This document shows positions 1-8,341 of a stretch of DNA of 54,142 bases, piece after piece. Source of the stretch: Candidatus Woesearchaeota archaeon (GTDB lineage Archaea > Nanobdellota > Nanobdellia > Pacearchaeales > GW2011-AR1); NCBI GenBank assembly GCA_964355745.1, contig CAYHEN010000003.1, positions 1 to 54,142 of the forward strand. The letters are read 5' to 3'. The number at the start of each line of letters is the position of its first letter. Within the stretch, counting starts at the first letter, position 1. The notes beneath the pieces are model-generated. The model saw only the letters and a program-made list of their open reading frames with translations. It searched no databases and was not told where the DNA came from. Made by a program: the position numbers and the translations under genes.

Positions 1-34
1 AGTCCTGCCCATTTGACCGCTCTGGCACTCCCGC
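1..34 (-). tRNA. 5' part of a long-D-arm (Leu/Ser-class-like) tRNA, cut by the window edge before the anticodon
   Basis: Reverse complement reads GCGGGAG-TG-CCAGAGCGGTCAAATGG-G-CAGGA-CT. This gives an acceptor strand, a long D-arm and the start of the anticodon stem-loop. The anticodon itself lies outside the window. Confidence 0.5.
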
Positions 35-138
35 AGAGCATGTTCGCGAAACTTCAGTATCGCCCATAATTTTCAGCAGACGTGCGAACTATGATGTTTG
101 TAACAAAATAATTATACTTAAAAATCTATTGAAAAGCC

Positions 139-1389
139 GTGAAAGAAAATACTAATAAGCCAAAACAAGACAATTTAAAACCGAAAGCATTTTATAGGAA
201 AGTCTTTGCTGGAATATTAGGGCTTTTTTTCCTGTCTGGCATCTCATTGCGTAATGAATATAACCAGCAATCAACACAATTTTCTCCTGTTAGAACTGAA
301 AAACATTCAATGATAACGGTGTATAATATCCAACAGCAGAAGAAAAGATTACACGCAGTAACACAAGATAATATACAGGGTGTTCTAGAGAAAATTGCAT
401 TAGAGGAAGGCTTTTATGATTACAGGACTAGAGAAGAAGTTACCCCAAATGCTAGAATACTCTATATTAGTGAAAAAAAGAAACATGGGTTTATTCCAAT
501 TTTTGGTTTGCATGGATTAGCCAATCATCTGCGTATTTCAATCACATCTGAAAAATTTGAAGCATGGCTGAAATATATGGTTAAAAATAATTATTATTTT
601 ATCAATGATGAGCAACTGCTCCAAGGAGATTTTACCCGTGTGCCAAATAACAAAAAAATATGCCTGGCAGGAGCAGATGATGCTACAGTAAATCAGTTCA
701 CTTATGTTATCCAAGGAGATAAGAAACAAATTAAGTCAGATTCTATGGTGGCTCTCCTTGAAAAATATCTCCAAAGAGAACAGGGAAAGATTAATTTTAC
801 TTTTTATATTTCACATTCTACTGAACCATTCTTACAGAAAGACTTCACAAGAGAAAAACTTCATTATCTTGCAGATAATTTCCATATAGGAAATCATACT
901 TATAATCATTGGATGACAAGAAATCTATCTCCAAGGGATTTCCTTGATGATATTACTCGTGCTTTTGAATATTTTGAGCAGCAGATTGGTAACAAGGTTT
1001 TTCAGATAAAGACATTAGCATATCCTTATGGAATTCTTGATAAAGCAGATATTTTTTCAGATGCATTAGAGCATTATTCCTACAAAGGGCATAAATTACT
1101 TGGAGCCTTTGATTATGATGGAAATTTTACACCGAGCCCTTTTTCAGAAAAATTTCAGAAATGGGATATCCAACGATTAGCACTTGACAATTATACATCT
1201 AACTTCATAACACAATGGCTTGAAACTACTGAGATATATACTTCAAAAAGAGCAGTAGTTATTATTACCCCCAAAGAGATTATTGCTCCTAAAATAAAAA
1301 CTGCTTTCCCGGAACTAATTATAGGCAATGATGAGCCGGTATATCTAATAGTTACAAATAAGCCTGATTTAGAAAAGTCTCTTGAATGA
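139..1389 (+). CDS. Membrane-anchored polysaccharide deacetylase (NodB/CE4-like) family protein
   Basis: 416-aa ORF with a GTG start and an N-terminal TM segment. NodB-like motif order is present: 'GADDAT', then 'HTYNH', then 'LAYPYG'. Confidence 0.5.
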   Translation: MKENTNKPKQDNLKPKAFYRKVFAGILGLFFLSGISLRNEYNQQSTQFSPVRTEKHSMITVYNIQQQKKRLHAVTQDNIQGVLEKIALEEGFYDYRTREEVTPNARILYISEKKKHGFIPIFGLHGLANHLRISITSEKFEAWLKYMVKNNYYFINDEQLLQGDFTRVPNNKKICLAGADDATVNQFTYVIQGDKKQIKSDSMVALLEKYLQREQGKINFTFYISHSTEPFLQKDFTREKLHYLADNFHIGNHTYNHWMTRNLSPRDFLDDITRAFEYFEQQIGNKVFQIKTLAYPYGILDKADIFSDALEHYSYKGHKLLGAFDYDGNFTPSPFSEKFQKWDIQRLALDNYTSNFITQWLETTEIYTSKRAVVIITPKEIIAPKIKTAFPELIIGNDEPVYLIVTNKPDLEKSLE

Positions 1390-1415
1390 AAGATGATTTT
1401 TCTTTGCTCGCGAAA

Positions 1416-1488
<73 letters not shown>

Positions 1489-1572
1489 ATGTATCAACTA
1501 GCGAACCAATCTCTTTTATTTTTAGGGAGATGGTATGGGGAACTTACCACGAAAACCGTGGCACGCTTCTCA

Positions 1573-1588
1573 TGAGCTATTGAGGCAT
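1573..1588. repeat. 16-nt direct repeat of the tRNA-Thr 5' end (second copy; first copy at 1475-1490)
   Basis: 'tgagctattgaggcat' occurs identically at 1475-1490 and 1573-1588. Confidence 0.9.
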
Positions 1589-1665
1589 ACTTCTATAGGA
1601 AATCAAGGATATTAAAATCTATTCTGGAGTATAATAATTTTTAAGAATAAAAAGCAAATTACAAA

Positions 1666-2220
1666 TTGGTGTATCAATGTAGATATAAAACATTAAGATC
1701 TCTTCAGCATATAGAACAAGGTAACAGAAAAAATCTTGTTAGTGTAATCAATAATCCAGAAAAAGTGAAGAGGATTTTAAATAGGTTAGTCGGGGAAAAA
1801 GTTATAGTGTTATCGCAAGCAGTATCTTTAAAAGATGGAACTCTGCTTGGAGAGTTCAGGGGAGGAAGATTAAAAGACATTGAGTTTTACGGAAATGGAA
1901 AGTTTTCAAATGCAAATTTATGGTTTAATCAAGAGTATTTTGCAACAAGACTAAATGGGGTTTTTGATGTCATGCTTTCTGATTCTCTTGTTGAAGGGGG
2001 AAAAAATCCTTCTTTTCAGGATGTGCGAATTTTCCATTTTTTTGATGATGCTGGTGATGAATCTAAGGTATTGCATGTTGACCCTTATTTAGCTTATAAG
2101 GCTTTGACAGATAAAGATAAAAGAGTATGTTTTGTCCAAAGACTATTACAAGTAAAAAAAATAAGATTAGGAGACTATAATACCATATTCCCAAATCAGT
2201 CTGTGCATTCTGATGATTAA
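1666..2220 (+). CDS. Hypothetical protein
   Basis: 184-aa ORF with a non-ATG start in the track. No motif recognised. Confidence 0.4.
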   Translation: MVYQCRYKTLRSLQHIEQGNRKNLVSVINNPEKVKRILNRLVGEKVIVLSQAVSLKDGTLLGEFRGGRLKDIEFYGNGKFSNANLWFNQEYFATRLNGVFDVMLSDSLVEGGKNPSFQDVRIFHFFDDAGDESKVLHVDPYLAYKALTDKDKRVCFVQRLLQVKKIRLGDYNTIFPNQSVHSDD

Positions 2221-2227
2221 ATTATTC

Positions 2228-3196
2228 CTATTCAAATAATCCAGAAATAGAAAGTCCTTTTTGTGCTCTGTATATGGCTTCTGCAAAAACAGGAGAAAGG
2301 TCAATTATCTCGACTCCACCCAAGTCTAAATTTTCCCTGTAATGAGTATTGCTTGTCATAACCCTGTCAAAACTATTGCACAGAACAGAAGTTCCTTTTG
2401 AAAAAATCCCATGAGTCCCATAACAATGCACTTTTAACGCCCCATTTTCTCTCAATAATTTTGCTGCACTGCATAAAGTTCCTCCAGAATCTATGATATC
2501 ATCCACAATCAAAACTTCTGAATTTCTCACATCCCCTACAAGTTTCATCTCTGCAACCTCTCCTGGCTTGTCTCTTCTTTTGTAAATAAAGGCAATTGGC
2601 TGATGAATTCCGAGTTTTTGTGCAAATGCTCTTGCCCTGCTTACACCCCCTGCATCAGGAGAAACTATTATCAAATTATTGGAATCTGAAATTGGATGTT
2701 TTTCAATATATCTCACAACTTCAGGAAAACTGTGAAGATTATCTACAGGACAGTTTGCAGGATAAAAACCTTGAATCTGGTCTGTGTGCAAGTCCATAGT
2801 AATTATTCTTCTTAATTGGGGAGAAATTGAAGTTGCTAATGCTCTTGCTGAAATTGGAACATGTGGTTGTTCTTTTCTGTCTTTTCTGCTGTAAAGCAAA
2901 TCAGGAAGAACAAATGTAACACTCTCTGCAGATGCATTCAACAGCAAATCTTTTAAGAGTAAAAGTTCCATCCACCATTCCTGCGGGTTTTTTGCAGAAT
3001 CATGTATAAAATAAATTTCTTTTCTCCTGACATTTTTTGGAACATGCATATCTATCTCTCCATTATTAAAATGAGTTATAGAAACCTCTTCAAGAAGAAC
3101 TTCTGCTCCTCTCTGATTTTTAATATAATCCCTTATTTTAACAGCAAAATTCCAAGAGTTTGATTTCGGATCTGCTAATAATATTACCCCATCCAT
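2228..3196 (-). CDS. prs: Ribose-phosphate pyrophosphokinase (PRPP synthetase)
   Basis: 322 aa. Contains the PRPP-binding loop 'VLIVDDIIDSGGTL' and 'VSPDAGGVSRARAFA'. Full-length two-domain layout. Confidence 0.9.
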   Translation of the reverse strand: MDGVILLADPKSNSWNFAVKIRDYIKNQRGAEVLLEEVSITHFNNGEIDMHVPKNVRRKEIYFIHDSAKNPQEWWMELLLLKDLLLNASAESVTFVLPDLLYSRKDRKEQPHVPISARALATSISPQLRRIITMDLHTDQIQGFYPANCPVDNLHSFPEVVRYIEKHPISDSNNLIIVSPDAGGVSRARAFAQKLGIHQPIAFIYKRRDKPGEVAEMKLVGDVRNSEVLIVDDIIDSGGTLCSAAKLLRENGALKVHCYGTHGIFSKGTSVLCNSFDRVMTSNTHYRENLDLGGVEIIDLSPVFAEAIYRAQKGLSISGLFE

Positions 3197-3294
3197 TATG
3201 CAAAACCTCTTGTTTTGTATCTTGGTTGAATTTCCAATTCTACCATAAAATACGTTGCAAGAATTTATTTAAATTAATTGTGGTAATGATTTAT

Positions 3295-4077
3295 ATGAAT
3301 AAGAAAAAAGAGGTATTTTTGCTCGTCTTTTTAATCCTTCTTTTATTTGCAATTAATTATAGATTTCTTGACAGCAAATTCACGGAATTTTTGGAAGAAT
3401 CAGATTTCGGCATTGTTGAAAGGATTGTTGATGGCGATACTTTAATCGTAAATGGAAACAGCACAAGACTTCTCGGAATTAACACGCCTGAAAGGGGGGA
3501 GAAATATTACAACGAAGCGAAGAGTTTTCTCTCTGAAACAACATTAAACAAGACAGTTGAGCTAAAAAAGAGTAATGAAGATAAAGATAGATACAATAGG
3601 TTGCTGAGATACGTCTTTATCGATGAAAAGAACATCGACTTAGAATTAGTCAAACAAGGATTTGCTAATCTCTACTTTCCTTCTGGAAAAGATATTTATT
3701 ATAACAATTTTAGAAACGCTTGGGAAGAGTGTCTAATAAAAAATATAAATTTATGCGAGAAATCAAGTGATGAATGTGCTAAATGCGTTGAATTGAAAGA
3801 GCTAAATGTGAAAACACAAACTATTACTCTATACAATAATTGCACTTTGGACTGCAATCTTGATGAATGGAGCATCAAAGATGAAGGAAGAAAAAAATTC
3901 ATTTTTAATGATTTTATATTAAATAGCAGAAGTGAAGTCAACATAATTGTTGGAAACAAAACAAATAGAGATGATATTCTCTTCTGGAATGATGAAGAAT
4001 ATGTTTGGACATCTTCTGGAGATACTCTGTTTTTGAGAGATGAGGAAGGGGGGTTGGTGGTTTGGAGAAATTATTGA
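3295..4077 (+). CDS. Secreted/anchored thermonuclease (SNase-like) fused to a lamin-tail-like (LTD) C-terminal domain
   Basis: SNase motifs 'VDGDTLIV', 'RLLGINTPE' and 'YNRLLRYVF'. An N-terminal TM follows the internal ATG at 3286/3295. The track's 3160 start overlaps prs and is rejected. The C-terminal beta-rich domain ends 'LFLRDEEGGLVVW'. Confidence 0.75.
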   Translation: MNKKKEVFLLVFLILLLFAINYRFLDSKFTEFLEESDFGIVERIVDGDTLIVNGNSTRLLGINTPERGEKYYNEAKSFLSETTLNKTVELKKSNEDKDRYNRLLRYVFIDEKNIDLELVKQGFANLYFPSGKDIYYNNFRNAWEECLIKNINLCEKSSDECAKCVELKELNVKTQTITLYNNCTLDCNLDEWSIKDEGRKKFIFNDFILNSRSEVNIIVGNKTNRDDILFWNDEEYVWTSSGDTLFLRDEEGGLVVWRNY

Positions 4078-4078
4078 T

Positions 4079-4375
4079 TTACCATTCAACTTGCAGGCAT
4101 GAAAGCAATTCCCCATTTAATCTTTTTTGTTCAGCAAGATAATGTCTTCTACATAGATAACTCCAACCTTTTTTATTACTGTTTTTCATCATAAATGGAT
4201 AAACCTCTGCATATGCTTTATTTGTGCATTTTCCTTGAAAATCACAACAAGGAAATTCTTTTCCATCTTTCAAAAATTTAAATCTTATTATTGATTTTGG
4301 CTTGGTTGCACTGTTTTTAAGAATCTTTAATTTTCCCAGTCCATCATAGTATTTAGTTAGTATTTTCATTTTCAA
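4079..4375 (-). CDS. Small Cys/His-rich protein (possible Zn-binding), third gene of the toxin operon
   Basis: 98 aa. Contains 'CCDFQGKC...CRRH'. Its start overlaps the stop of the upstream gene by 4 nt. Confidence 0.45.
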   Translation of the reverse strand: MKMKILTKYYDGLGKLKILKNSATKPKSIIRFKFLKDGKEFPCCDFQGKCTNKAYAEVYPFMMKNSNKKGWSYLCRRHYLAEQKRLNGELLSCLQVEW

Positions 4376-4698
4376 TAATGAAATCTTCTTTCATATTCTG
4401 GATGATTAAACCATTCTAAAATTATAGAAATAATCTCAATTTTATTAGGTGTTGTTATGGTATATATCATTCTCCACCCACTAGGCAAATCATATTTCCA
4501 TAAATTATTGACTTGATATTTTTGGATATATTCTTTTGGGATTAATCTTTTAGGTATTGGTATCCCACAGAAAGCATTTTGTCTAATCTCTTCAATTGCC
4601 CGATTAATATGTTTTTTGAGTTCGTCGTCTTCATCAAGACTATTAAATTCCTCTTCAATTTTGTCATTTACAAAAATAACTTCTGATTTTTTAATCAT
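4372..4698 (-). CDS. RelE/ParE-superfamily-like toxin (tentative)
   Basis: 108 aa. Contains 'LWKYDLPSGWRMIYTI...IEIISIILEW..H..Y', which is typical of the RelE-fold C-terminal half. A small partner ORF sits immediately upstream. Confidence 0.45.
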   Translation of the reverse strand: MIKKSEVIFVNDKIEEEFNSLDEDDELKKHINRAIEEIRQNAFCGIPIPKRLIPKEYIQKYQVNNLWKYDLPSGWRMIYTITTPNKIEIISIILEWFNHPEYERRFHY

Positions 4699-4701
4699 CT
4701 T

Positions 4702-4971
4702 TTAATACCTCTTTCGCTTCATGAATTTCTTTGCTATTTCAGGACTCCAGATATAAACAAGAATGTCATTACTGCTTATTGCAATTTTGTTTATGCTTTG
4801 TAAATATTCTAAGGTTATAAGGTATGTTTGCCACATAACCTTTTTATCAAGTTTTTTCCATATTTCTGTTCGATTAAATTCCCCACTATATTTCTCAATT
4901 GTTCTTTCAATCATCATAACTGTATCAAGAGTCGGACTTCTTGCAAACGGATTTATTGTTTCATTTCTCAT
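4702..4971 (-). CDS. Putative antitoxin / small DNA-binding protein
   Basis: 89 aa. First gene of the three-gene operon, 3 nt upstream of the toxin-like ORF. A palindromic operator-like site lies directly upstream. Confidence 0.35.
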   Translation of the reverse strand: MRNETINPFARSPTLDTVMMIERTIEKYSGEFNRTEIWKKLDKKVMWQTYLITLEYLQSINKIAISSNDILVYIWSPEIAKKFMKRKRY

Positions 4972-4977
4972 TATTTC

Positions 4978-4999
4978 TTATATATCAATTGATATATAA
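4978..4999. promoter_or_regulatory. 22-bp perfect palindrome (TATA-rich) 7 nt upstream of the 4971 start; candidate promoter/operator
   Basis: 'ttatatatcaattgatatataa' equals its own reverse complement. Confidence 0.6.
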
Positions 5000-5013
5000 A
5001 TCTTTCCATCTCT

Positions 5014-5064
5014 TTGTTCCTGAGGGATGGGGAAGGGGGGTTGGTGGTGTGGCGAGCCTATTGA
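5014..5064 (+). pseudogene. Orphan copy of the last 16 codons plus stop of the SNase-LTD gene
   Basis: Reads LFLRDGEGGLVVWRAY*, compared with LFLRDEEGGLVVWRNY* at 4027-4077. 41 of 51 nt are identical by hand alignment, including an identical 17-mer. There is no upstream ORF. Confidence 0.8.
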
Positions 5065-5124
5065 ATAGCGACAAATTAGTGTATTATTAATAACGACTTT
5101 TCAAAATTCATCTATACATTAGAA

Positions 5125-5595
5125 TTATTTCTTTAATGGAATTTTATACATAAGATTAATATCAAGACGGAATGGTTGTGTGCTCTCTTGTTGCGAAGGT
5201 ATTGGCAAAATTAATCCTCCTTCTACTCCACCAAATATTCCTCTTTCTCTGCCTGTCTCAAATCCTGCTCCTATATCCAAACCAAAAAAAGGCCCGTCTA
5301 CACTTTCACGTAAAGCATACATCCAAGGAGAAATTCCAATAATTCCCCCATATCCATATATATCCACCCAATTAAATAATTTTTTCTTGTATCTTAAATC
5401 AACTCCTGAAAATATTCCAACATCTGCCTGTACTCCAAAATTATCATTCCAATCCCATACTCCTCTCAATGCAACAAGTCCATGAGATGGAGATGACAAT
5501 CCCAGAGATAATGTACTCTCTTCTGCTTTAATTTTTGGAACCGGTGCTGTAGCCAATGCAAGTCCCATTGCTAAGGCTCCAAGTGTTTTTTTCAT
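5125..5595 (-). CDS. Secreted Gly/aromatic-rich protein with small beta-barrel (OMP-like) character
   Basis: 156 aa. Signal peptide 'MKKTLGALAMGLALATAPVPKIKA'. Alternating Gly/hydrophobic/aromatic pattern. Visibly higher G+C than its neighbours. Confidence 0.5.
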   Translation of the reverse strand: MKKTLGALAMGLALATAPVPKIKAEESTLSLGLSSPSHGLVALRGVWDWNDNFGVQADVGIFSGVDLRYKKKLFNWVDIYGYGGIIGISPWMYALRESVDGPFFGLDIGAGFETGRERGIFGGVEGGLILPIPSQQESTQPFRLDINLMYKIPLKK

Positions 5596-5686
5596 ATAAG
5601 AAATATTATATACATATTTTTAAAGATTTATATGGTTTTAATTAAGAAAAAAATTCTCTAAATTTTTTTAAAAATAATATTGTTTT

Positions 5687-5733
5687 ATAAGAGATGAGAA
5701 AGACAGGCTGGTGTTATGGGCAGGGATATTAAA
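5687..5733 (+). pseudogene. Second, more decayed orphan copy of the SNase-LTD gene 3' end
   Basis: Reads IRDEKDRLVLW, compared with LRDEEGGLVVW. The frame is lost before a terminal 'tat taa'. About 17 of 24 nt match over the core by hand alignment. Confidence 0.5.
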
Positions 5734-5737
5734 AGAA

Positions 5738-6190
5738 TTAATTCATTTCCTTGCAAGTCTCTGGAGGAACTATAAACAGAGTTCCATAGCCCTTATTCAG
5801 AATCATCCTATTGACAAATAATAATTCACTTGAATAAGAATCATTAACATAAACATATCTCAATAATCTGCTGTAGTTATCTTTGTCTGTTATAGAGTGT
5901 TCAAGGATTGCCTCTTTATTTAAGATTAAAAACTCAAGAAATTCTTTAGCTTCCTGATGTCCTTCCTGAGATTTTTCAGGAGTATCCACACATAAAAGCC
6001 GTATTATCTCTCCTGAATTTATCTGAAAAGTATCTCCATCTATTACATTTATTACATAATTATCAGGAAGTTCATTGCCTTTGCCGGGATTAATACTAAA
6101 ATTATCTGAAAAAATAAATATTAATGAGATTAAAGCAATTAGAACAAGAGCAAAGAATATTGTAAACCTGATTAATTGTTTATTTTTCAT
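5738..6190 (-). CDS. Membrane-anchored thermonuclease (SNase-like), no LTD domain
   Basis: 150 aa. N-terminal TM. Motifs 'VIDGDTFQI', 'IRLLCVDTPE' and 'YSRLLRYVYV'. Confidence 0.8.
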   Translation of the reverse strand: MKNKQLIRFTIFFALVLIALISLIFIFSDNFSINPGKGNELPDNYVINVIDGDTFQINSGEIIRLLCVDTPEKSQEGHQEAKEFLEFLILNKEAILEHSITDKDNYSRLLRYVYVNDSYSSELLFVNRMILNKGYGTLFIVPPETCKEMN

Positions 6191-6199
6191 CCTAATATT

Positions 6200-6568
6200 T
6201 TATTTCTTTGCCTTTCTTCCTGTTTTTTTTCTTGAAAAAACAGATATCAGAGTATCATCCAGCTTTTCATCATAGGCAGTTTTTTTCTTTGAGTGGCTGA
6301 TTGTGCTTCTTCTTAAAATATCCTCTATCTGCTCGCCTATTGTCAACATATTCTTTTTTGCCCTTTTTTCAAGCATATTCAGAAGTTCAGTATCAAGAAA
6401 AACAGAAACTTTATTTTTGAATTTGTATTTGGGTTTTAAAAATAAAAAGACCTTTTCAATTTCCTCAGATGGCCAACCTTGTTTTAATAATGGCTCTCTA
6501 ATCTCATAATCATCAAATCCTCTTTTTCTTGCCTCTTCTATAAATTTTACAAGTTTTGGGTTGGGCAT
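6200..6568 (-). CDS. Small protein with an N-terminal helical 'GW' module and a C-terminal ribbon-helix-helix-like segment
   Basis: Start moved to the ATG at 6566-6568, directly after the stop of the upstream gene. Contains 'KFIEEARKRGFDDYEIREPLLKQGWPSEEIEKVF' and then 'VSVFLDTELLNMLEKRAKK'. Confidence 0.5.
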   Translation of the reverse strand: MPNPKLVKFIEEARKRGFDDYEIREPLLKQGWPSEEIEKVFLFLKPKYKFKNKVSVFLDTELLNMLEKRAKKNMLTIGEQIEDILRRSTISHSKKKTAYDEKLDDTLISVFSRKKTGRKAKK

Positions 6569-6569
6569 T

Positions 6570-6881
6570 TTATTTTTTACCTGGCGCTTTTTGACCCACA
6601 TAAACTTTCTGGACAGCAAAACTCTTGTAAATTCCCTCAAGGATATCTGTTCCTGCGTATCCTGCAAGAAGAGATAATCTATAATCAAAATTGAATATAA
6701 GCCCGACAAACACCCCAATAATCAGAGCAACAAGAACAGTGATTGCATAATATCCCCATAATATCCTTCTTCTTAAGGAAAGAGCTTTTAACAATCCTAT
6801 AAAACCTCGTGTTAATCCTCCGACTCCTCCCAGCAATGCAGGAAGAGCTAACTGATTCAACATCTCTGCTTCTATTACCAC
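6570..6881 (-). CDS. Small integral membrane protein
   Basis: 103 aa, about three hydrophobic helices. Tightly coupled to the downstream gene. Confidence 0.5.
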   Translation of the reverse strand: MVIEAEMLNQLALPALLGGVGGLTRGFIGLLKALSLRRRILWGYYAITVLVALIIGVFVGLIFNFDYRLSLLAGYAGTDILEGIYKSFAVQKVYVGQKAPGKK

Positions 6882-7200
6882 TTCTTTTCACCTCTTAAAA
6901 AGTTAAAGGGAAAATGTTTTTATAAATGTTTTTGAGGAATGGGCGAGAGGGATTATTGAAATTAGTTTCATCAAAACACAGTGATAACAAAGAGTATATC
7001 TTATAGGATAATTATATTTTTAAAGAAATTAGCATTAATTTTTTAATGGTGGAATTAAAGGGGATTAATTTTTCTTATTCTTTAACTATTTATTCTCATC
7101 CAAATTCTGATTTTGGTTTTCTTAATGTTCATTATTCTGCTCATTATCCTTTTAAGGATAATTTTATACAGCTGAAAGGAGGTTTAAAGAAATAAAGAAA

Positions 7201-8211
7201 ATGATGAAAAAATTAAGAGAAAAAAAGATTAATCTCTTTGGTAAAAAGGTTTCTGTGTTCGTGATTGTTATCATGAGCCTTGCTTTAGTGAGTGCTGCGT
7301 TACTAACTTATTATGGAGTTATTACTGGAATGGCGGTGGTAAGTCAATCTGTAATAGTTGAAGATAGTCCGATTACTGGAGCATGGGATACATCTCTCGT
7401 AGCAGGAACAACTGTTGTTGATTGTGATACTGATCAGGGTGAAGAGGGTAGTGGTCATTCTGTGAAGAATAATGCAGATGTTGAAGCACCAGTTCAATTT
7501 GGGACAACCTGTAGGAATGTAGCAGGAACTGATGATGGTGTGCAATATGAAAGTTATATCGATTGGGCTGATGGTATTGATAGTCCTGAATGTGATGGAA
7601 TTGTAACAGAGATTTATGGGGTTTTGAAATTGACAAGTAAAAATGTTGTGTTTGGACAATCTCCATGGACTGAAACAGCTGACATGAAAGCAACTGTTAA
7701 ATATACAATTGTTGGAGATGAGTTTTCAGCAGAAGTTATTGATTCTGAAGGGGAGTGGAATTTAGATAACTATGTTTTAGTATATTACTCTGATAATATA
7801 GATAGATTTACAAATCCAAGTGTAGCAATTAAAGTTGAATATGTTGATGAAAATTTACCATATGCAGATGATGAGAACGTAGATGAATACAACTATTGCG
7901 GAGATACATATGAGGAAGGTATATCAACAGGAGATAACTATGAACATTGCCATGGAGCAAAGATTTGGTATGTTCCAGCAAGTGCATTAACAGATAATGA
8001 AGATGGAACTTGGGCAATTAACTGGGGTCAAGCAAGTAACTTCTTATTTGAAACAGATTTAATCATGTATTCTGATGATACTGGAAATGTAATGGACCTT
8101 CTAGCAAATGGTGGAGGATTTAACTTCTGTGAAAGTAATGCCTTTGCATTGAACTTAGTTCCAGACACATACACAATAAGAACAGAAATACAACCAGTAA
8201 CAACACCATAA
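7201..8211 (+). CDS. Secreted/anchored acidic surface protein
   Basis: 336 aa. N-terminal signal-anchor ends 'SAALLTYYGVITGMAVV'. The ectodomain is Asp/Glu-rich. Confidence 0.6.
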   Translation: MMKKLREKKINLFGKKVSVFVIVIMSLALVSAALLTYYGVITGMAVVSQSVIVEDSPITGAWDTSLVAGTTVVDCDTDQGEEGSGHSVKNNADVEAPVQFGTTCRNVAGTDDGVQYESYIDWADGIDSPECDGIVTEIYGVLKLTSKNVVFGQSPWTETADMKATVKYTIVGDEFSAEVIDSEGEWNLDNYVLVYYSDNIDRFTNPSVAIKVEYVDENLPYADDENVDEYNYCGDTYEEGISTGDNYEHCHGAKIWYVPASALTDNEDGTWAINWGQASNFLFETDLIMYSDDTGNVMDLLANGGGFNFCESNAFALNLVPDTYTIRTEIQPVTTP

Positions 8212-8341
8212 AACCAAAATAATTTATTTTTTATTTTACCTGTTTTATTTTTAAGGAGAAGAGGAAGAAAAATGAAGCCCTCGCAAGAGGGAATTCATAA
8301 TCACGCCTAACGAGGCAGAGAAACACGGAGAAAGAAAAGGA

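Noticed and set aside
1489-1590. Possibility that the duplicated tRNA 5' end marks a split tRNA or a D-loop-intron tRNA
   Set aside because: The downstream copy already forms a complete canonical cloverleaf. The upstream copy is not followed by a D-stem complement or a recognisable bulge-helix-bulge motif.
3160-3294. N-terminal extension of the nuclease ORF
   Set aside because: It overlaps the prs start on the opposite strand and reads as non-protein-like sequence. The internal ATG at 3286/3295 precedes a proper signal anchor.
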